Virus record (IMG/VR): IMGVR_UViG_3300023096_000005 | DNA: 20,000 nucleotides | DNA from: an uncultured virus (IMG/VR IMGVR_UViG_3300023096_000005) | Lineage: Duplodnaviria; Heunggongvirae; Uroviricota; Caudoviricetes | Direction: 5' to 3' (one strand) | Shown: in pieces, positions 16,319 through 20,000 of the stretch | How positions within the stretch are numbered: position 1 is the first letter of the stretch | Layout of the letters: every line of letters begins with the position of its first letter | The notes under the pieces: model-generated | The model's database searches: none | Told to the model about the DNA's origin: nothing | Seen by the model: the letters and a program-made list of their open reading frames with translations, nothing else | Position numbers and translations under genes: made by a program

Positions 16319-17104
16319 GTGGCTTCCTTCTCGGAACAGATGAAGGTACACGCGGCATCCAGGCAAGCGACTTCTGCGTTGGAAGCCGTTTCTCGTGCTG
16401 CCATCGTCCAGGCCATCGTGGAGTGGGATGACGGTGTTCTAGATGCGCGTTCTGTGCGCTGGCGTCTAGAGGCCATCGTCCGGGATGCTTACCGCTCTAG
16501 CGCTTCTGTAGCTCGCAGCGTGTCTCAGCAGTCTTCCGGTCTGGATACCTGGCGCTCTGGTGAAGTCTTCAACACGGAGTATCTACAATCCCTCCTTGCG
16601 GACGTACGCAGGAACCTGAGGGACTACAAGTCCGGGATTCTTACACGTGAGGGGGCTGTACTACGCCTTCAGCACTCCGCAGGAGTCGCAGCGCAGCGTG
16701 GATACACTGACCAGATTCTGTCGTCTTACACGGAGCTAGAGGACTTCGGGCTTGTTGTGCGGAAGTACTGGGTAGCCAACTTTGTCAACAACGACCCTTG
16801 TCCCGCCTGTCGTCGTCTGCACGGTACTGCGAAAGACCTTCATGAGGACTTCAAGGCTGAGTCTGGCGAGCCGGGTGTGTACATCGACCTTGCGGGGCCA
16901 CCACGGCATCCTCGCTGTCAGTGCCGTCTTTACATCTTCACTGTGACACTGGAGAACGCTTTTGAGACTCCAGATTTTGAACAGCCGCAGGACGCCCCTT
17001 CGATGATGAGCACTGCGGATGTTCAGAGACTGCCAGAGAAGATTTTCAAGGCAGTGGTAGCGAGTTTCAGAGCTATCAGCAAGTTTTTGAGGAGCAAGGG
17101 CTGA
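16319..17104 (+). CDS. MuF/SPP1 gp7-like head morphogenesis (minor capsid) protein
   Basis: KYW...CPACRRLHG...PPRHPRCQC motif; directly after the portal; AAGGAG RBS. Confidence 0.85.
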   Translation: MASFSEQMKVHAASRQATSALEAVSRAAIVQAIVEWDDGVLDARSVRWRLEAIVRDAYRSSASVARSVSQQSSGLDTWRSGEVFNTEYLQSLLADVRRNLRDYKSGILTREGAVLRLQHSAGVAAQRGYTDQILSSYTELEDFGLVVRKYWVANFVNNDPCPACRRLHGTAKDLHEDFKAESGEPGVYIDLAGPPRHPRCQCRLYIFTVTLENAFETPDFEQPQDAPSMMSTADVQRLPEKIFKAVVASFRAISKFLRSKG

Positions 17105-17322
17105 TGTTCATTACGGTTAGATTCTTCTTTGATTCGCTCCTCGCGGCAGTAGATGCATTGACGCTTGTACTGGAAGACGCCCGGACTACAAGCAAGTCCT
17201 ATAGCTTCGGGGCTTTGTCAGCAGAGCAAGTTTTTACTTCTGGACTTTTGATTGTTGGAGAGGCTGATGAGGTAGCTGCAAAGGTTGAAGCTCTAGGCAA
17301 CTCCATCAGGTACGACGAATAG
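17104..17322 (+). CDS. Hypothetical protein
   Basis: 72 aa with TGATG coupling to the MuF-like gene. Confidence 0.65.
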   Translation: MFITVRFFFDSLLAAVDALTLVLEDARTTSKSYSFGALSAEQVFTSGLLIVGEADEVAAKVEALGNSIRYDE

Positions 17323-17330
17323 AACAAGAA

Positions 17331-17359
17331 TTCGAAACAAGATTTTTCTAGTGTAAGCT
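17331..17359 (+). promoter_or_regulatory. Putative promoter for the giant protein gene
   Basis: TTCGAA-N17-TAAGCT in an AT-rich intergenic gap; GAGGAG RBS before GTG 17391. Confidence 0.45.
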
Positions 17360-17390
17360 GGTAGGAGTTTTAAGAGGCTGAGGAGTCCCC

Positions 17391-20000
17391 GTGTTTGAAG
17401 AAGCAGAGCTAGAATTCATTGAGCTAGCAAAGCGCGGTCCCCGCCGAGTGCAGTCCCCTGAGGGAGCTAAGTTCTACGGGTTGCCTATTGGAAGTGTCAT
17501 CACCGCTGATGTCATTAAGGCTAAGCGCGCTGAAGCAAAGTCAAAGGGTCAGTCTGCACCTAAGGGTGCTCTATCTGGTGGAGCTTCAGTAGCAGACATG
17601 GCAGGAGACGCAAATGTCTCAGCCCCAAAGAGTTCTGCGCTAAAAGACGTTGCTTCTACGGGCGTTCAGTACAAGCCTGCGTCTATTTCTGGCCCCAACG
17701 GCTTCACCCTAGGTGAGGTTACGTATTCTGCGCCCGCCGGGTCTAAGCTCATCAAGCCAAAGGGTGATTCTCCTTTTGCTTACGTTCTGACTCCTAACAA
17801 CGAGGTTCACGCTTTCACCAAGGACGGTGAAGCGGAAATCCCTGAATTCCTGGTTCCAGTTCTTACAGACAAGTTCAAGAACCTAAAGAACAGCGACCCT
17901 CTTTACGAGGTGCAGGACTTTGACGCTGCGCAAGAGCCTAAGCTTTCTGTGCAGAAGCCTGGAGCTACCCTGAACAAGGGTGGCGCTCCTGTTTTCACGA
18001 AGACTGCCGAGGGCAACTGGGAGAACCCAGACCTAGGTATCACGCTTACTGATGATGACCTTCAGGGACCTTTCGATGCCGGTACTTTTGAACTGAAGCC
18101 AGCCAACGTACAGGACGTTGACTACTCGAAAATGTCGCTAGACGAGTTGACTGCCGCTCTGGAAGCTCTTCCAGAGGGACACCAGCTTGGATTCAGCAAT
18201 GCTGTGCTCACCAAGACGAAGGACCAGTGGGTCAGTAGTCTCACGGGAAGCGGAACGGACACAGGCACACTAGCTGCCATCACTCAGGGCACATCTTTCC
18301 TGTCTCAGAATCTTCCTGCTCCTGCCGAGCCTGAGAAGCCAAAGGCCAAGAAGAATGAGCCGGAAGACCCGCTCATGGACCCGGATACTCCGAAGACTCC
18401 AGACAACGAGCAGAAGCGAAAGGCCAAGGCTAACAGGGCTGACGGGGCTGTTGTAACTGGCGCTAGTGACGGGGACATTCTTTTCCACGACCAGCTAGGC
18501 CCAATGACCAAGATTTACGGTCTAGATGAGTGGCAGAGCCTGGATGCGAAGTACGTCTTCTCTACAGGAGATTTGAGCACATCAGCTAACAATGGGTTTG
18601 TATCTCTAGAGCCGTGGAACACCCAGCAGAAGGCTGATTCTGACTTGTATCTGGACGCCCTAGAGGTTCCAGAGGAAGAAGTCAAGAAGCCACTTCTTCC
18701 AGAGAACGCGCCTGACGAGTATGACTTGAATGACGCCATGCCTGGCGCTACAGTCACGCACGCTAAGCAGGGCATTCTCACGATGGAGGATGACGGTAAC
18801 TGGTACAACGAGTACGCTGAGCCCTTCTTCAGTACTCAGGAACTGCTAGACGAGAACGCAGCGGGGCTGGTGACTGACCTTCAGGCTAACCCTGAGTTCG
18901 ATGAGCCGGAAGAAGAAACTGCGCCCGAAGAGCCAGAAGCGCAGGCACCGGGAACGATGTCTACAGAGCAGGTACAGGCCGCTATCGCTTCTCTGGAGGA
19001 CCACACAGGGTTCCAGATTTCTTACGGTCTGAAGGCTCTTCCCGAGGACCACCCTTTGAAGGACAAGGAGTACCTGGACTCTCTGGTAGCACAAGCTAAG
19101 GAGCAGAACCCAGGCACGTCGCCAAAGAAGGCGTTCGTACAGTACCTCAAGGAGGGTATCGGGTTCCAGGACGAACCTGAAGCTGCCGAGTCAGTAGACG
19201 AGGGTCCACAGATTCTCATTGGTTCTGAGAGCGCTAAGAGTACTCAGACAGGTATGACAGGTGGTTCCTTCAGCAAGAAGGACATCCAGGCCGCTGTAGA
19301 CATCCTGGAGGCTTACCAGGGCAAGGTCTTCAAGAGCGAGTTGAACAAGCAGGGCAACCCTCTGGGTCAGCTTTCGCCTAACGACATTGTTGGTTTCAAC
19401 AAGGACAAGACCATTACCAAGCAGAAGTTCCTTGACCTTCTGAAGTCTAAGTTGGACACCCCAGAACCTGTGACTCCAGAGCCTGTAGGTGATGTCGTAG
19501 ACATGCCTGCCGAACCTCTTGCTGACTGGGAGCTAGAGCTTCTTAATGGCTTCTCTGAGAACAAGACGTTCAAGCCTGGTGACTTTATCACTAGCACCGA
19601 TGAAATGGACGATTTCCCCGTTGGTACAGTTCTGCACTGGGAGTCGGACAACGAAGCGCTTATTGGTCCTCCCCATGACTACATTAAGAATGAAGATGGT
19701 AGCTGGGATGCTGTGGATGGAGCCAAGGGAATCAGTTCGAATTCTTTCGGTGGCGCTATTAAGAGCAAGTTCGTTACGTACAAGAGTGGGCCTGAAGATA
19801 CTCCAGAAGTAGACCTTCCAGAGGTTCCTTACGTGCAGGGAGATAATCTTCCAGACGAAGATTCTCTAGACAGTCTTCCCCTGGACACGACCATCAGTGT
19901 AAATGGCACTAAGTTCATCAAGAAGTCTGAGAACTGGAACTTCATCAACCCTGACGGCGAACCTAATATGAACTCCACGTGGGAACCTCCCGAGTTCAAG
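17391..20000 (+). CDS. Giant multi-repeat protein, probably virion-internal (>870 aa, runs off the window)
   Basis: Not in the ORF track. My translation from GTG 17391 (MFEEAELEFIELAKRGPRRVQSPEGAKFYGLPIGSVI...) has no stop up to 20000. Acidic Pro/Glu linkers separate degenerate repeats. Confidence 0.9.
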   Translation, partial: MFEEAELEFIELAKRGPRRVQSPEGAKFYGLPIGSVITADVIKAKRAEAKSKGQSAPKGALSGGASVADMAGDANVSAPKSSALKDVASTGVQYKPASISGPNGFTLGEVTYSAPAGSKLIKPKGDSPFAYVLTPNNEVHAFTKDGEAEIPEFLVPVLTDKFKNLKNSDPLYEVQDFDAAQEPKLSVQKPGATLNKGGAPVFTKTAEGNWENPDLGITLTDDDLQGPFDAGTFELKPANVQDVDYSKMSLDELTAALEALPEGHQLGFSNAVLTKTKDQWVSSLTGSGTDTGTLAAITQGTSFLSQNLPAPAEPEKPKAKKNEPEDPLMDPDTPKTPDNEQKRKAKANRADGAVVTGASDGDILFHDQLGPMTKIYGLDEWQSLDAKYVFSTGDLSTSANNGFVSLEPWNTQQKADSDLYLDALEVPEEEVKKPLLPENAPDEYDLNDAMPGATVTHAKQGILTMEDDGNWYNEYAEPFFSTQELLDENAAGLVTDLQANPEFDEPEEETAPEEPEAQAPGTMSTEQVQAAIASLEDHTGFQISYGLKALPEDHPLKDKEYLDSLVAQAKEQNPGTSPKKAFVQYLKEGIGFQDEPEAAESVDEGPQILIGSESAKSTQTGMTGGSFSKKDIQAAVDILEAYQGKVFKSELNKQGNPLGQLSPNDIVGFNKDKTITKQKFLDLLKSKLDTPEPVTPEPVGDVVDMPAEPLADWELELLNGFSENKTFKPGDFITSTDEMDDFPVGTVLHWESDNEALIGPPHDYIKNEDGSWDAVDGAKGISSNSFGGAIKSKFVTYKSGPEDTPEVDLPEVPYVQGDNLPDEDSLDSLPLDTTISVNGTKFIKKSENWNFINPDGEPNMNSTWEPPEFK

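Noticed and set aside
18270..19812. Several short ORFs on both strands in the ORF track
   Set aside because: All lie within the uninterrupted giant ORF starting at 17391.

Overview
This window is a 20 kb piece of a large tailed-phage genome, most likely infecting an actinobacterium (it carries a WhiB gene and leaderless SigA-type promoters). The left arm (1-5758, minus strand) encodes a PnuC-like vitamin transporter missed by the ORF track, a DNA polymerase III beta clamp, a small coiled-coil protein, a Cas4/AddB-like nuclease, WhiB, an Mre11/SbcD nuclease and hypotheticals. A ~390 bp structured non-coding gap (5759-6149) separates the arms. The right arm (plus strand) encodes small hypotheticals, a stand-alone C-terminal half of a Rad50/SbcC ATPase, a DnaX clamp-loader subunit and a nucleotide-sugar epimerase plus two glycosyltransferases. 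These are followed by head morphogenesis genes (probable small terminase, large terminase, portal, MuF-like protein) and a giant repeat-containing protein (>870 aa) that runs off the window and is also absent from the ORF track. The most notable observations are: (1) a gapless 30-aa motif shared by the portal C-terminal extension and the giant protein N-terminus, partly echoed in a third small protein, suggesting a head-packaging/processing tag; (2) a glycosylation cassette with non-canonical catalytic motifs directly upstream of the head genes; (3) an apparently split Mre11-Rad50 system. All functional calls come from reading motifs by eye; no database searches were run.
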